In this document: positions 62,815 through 64,000 of the stretch, in pieces | Numbering within the stretch: the first letter of the stretch is position 1 | Layout: each line of letters opens with the position of its first letter | Assembly: GCF_963921235.1 (NCBI RefSeq) | Contig: NC_086108.1 | Span: forward strand, 93,932,001 to 93,996,000 | Source: Mobula hypostoma | Taxonomy: Eukaryota | Length of the DNA stretch: 64,000 bases | Reading direction: 5' to 3' | Program-made: the position numbers and the translations under genes | Notes under the pieces: generated by a model | What the model was told of the DNA's origin: nothing | Seen by the model: only the letters and a program-made list of their open reading frames with translations | The model's database searches: none

Positions 62815-64000
62815 GAATGAGAACATAGGAACATAGAAACAAACAGACCAGGCCGGGCATGTCTTTCACTCCTAGAGAGAAAAAAAGGATAAAAATGAAA
62901 ACAAACAAGCTGGGCCAATATCACAGATGTATAACTGATACAGACGGAAATCATGTTACCTGAAGTTGTGGAATTTGGTACTGAGTTCAGACAATCTACT
63001 TTCGCCATCACTCCCCCTTGTCTGCAACTTAAAACTTGCTTGTTTTCTTCTAAGTTTTCCTCATTCCGACACCAGATTTTTAACGTGAGAAATTACCTCA
63101 GTCCCTCTGCCTACATGTGCTGTCTGACTTTCTGAGCATTTCCAGCATTTTCTGGATTTATCCACATAATGTAAATTTGGTAAATAACTCTTTAGCTCCT
63201 AATTTTGCAGTTCAAGTTGGAACTGTGTTCCCTGTTCTTATCTCTATCTTTGTGAAGAAAATCTTCTGGAATCTATCCTAAGCTTATCTCTCTCTGGCTT
63301 GAACCTGGATCTCTCAGTTCTGCTTCTGCATTTTAAGTTACAGTGAGATTTCAGTTTAACCCTTAGCGAATACATATATTAAACAAAATCATTGTGAATT
63401 TGACTCCCTGGGCTGAGAAGTTCTGGTTTCACTTGGCTTTTTAAAAAATTTGTCTGGCTACCTGCAGGTGAATCTCATTCTTGGAATATGTGAAATAGAA
63501 GCAGGAGAGAACTAGTAGGTCTCTTGTGACTGCCCAAAGTTCAAAGTTCAAAAGTAAATTTATTATCGAAGTACATGTATGTCACCATAGATAGCCCCAA
63601 GATTCATTGTCTTGTGGACATTCACAGTAAATACAAGAAACACAATAGATTCAATGGAAGACCACATCCAACAGGAACAGACAAACAACCAGTGTGCAAA
63701 AGACAACAAACTGCGAAAGTACAAATAAATAAACATCAAGCACATGAAAGGGTCCTTGAAAGAGAATGCCATTCAGTATTCTTTTCCTTCAATGTCACTT
63801 CCCTTTCACTAACCTTTTATCTCTTGTTTCTCTTAAAATCCAACATTGGGGTCAATGTCTACTTTGAATATACTGAGTGACTGGCATTGGTCAAACCACA
63901 TTTGGAGTATTGTGGGCAGTTTTCTGCCCCATATCTAAGAAAGGATGTGCTGGCTTTGAAGAGGCTCACGAGAACAATGCCAGGATTGAAAGGGTTAATG

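Noticed and set aside
1..64000. Most short ORFs in the six-frame track
   Set aside because: They are antisense or alternate frames of LINE, PLE or SINE remnants, or low-complexity sequence, with no splice or homology support

Overview
Repeat-dense vertebrate genomic DNA, most likely a cartilaginous fish (ray/shark; inferred from the repeat mix, not proven). There is one complete protein-coding gene, DNTTIP2 (+ strand, 7 coding exons, 15608-37673, 478 aa, all GT-AG with consistent phases). It is followed by an intron-containing tRNA-Arg(TCT) on the - strand (41695-41780) that looks like the orthologue of human tRNA-Arg-TCT-1-1. Most of the rest is nested mobile DNA: CR1 LINEs, Rex1/Babar LINEs, tRNA/RTE and V-SINEs, hAT, Tigger and mariner DNA-transposon derivatives, and a full-length L1 with TSD in the last DNTTIP2 intron. 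Neptune-type Penelope-like elements (PLEs) are also present. The most striking signal is a family of about 15-20 short PLE-terminus-derived inserts that carry minimal hammerhead-ribozyme cores (CUGANGA-stem II-GAAAC-GUC). Several are fold-backs, and three have 14-15 bp TSDs. Other oddities: a perfect 160-bp palindrome inside a decayed CR1, a Tigger element inserted inside a splice donor, and a four-TIR mariner MITE. All assignments come from manual reading; no database searches were run.
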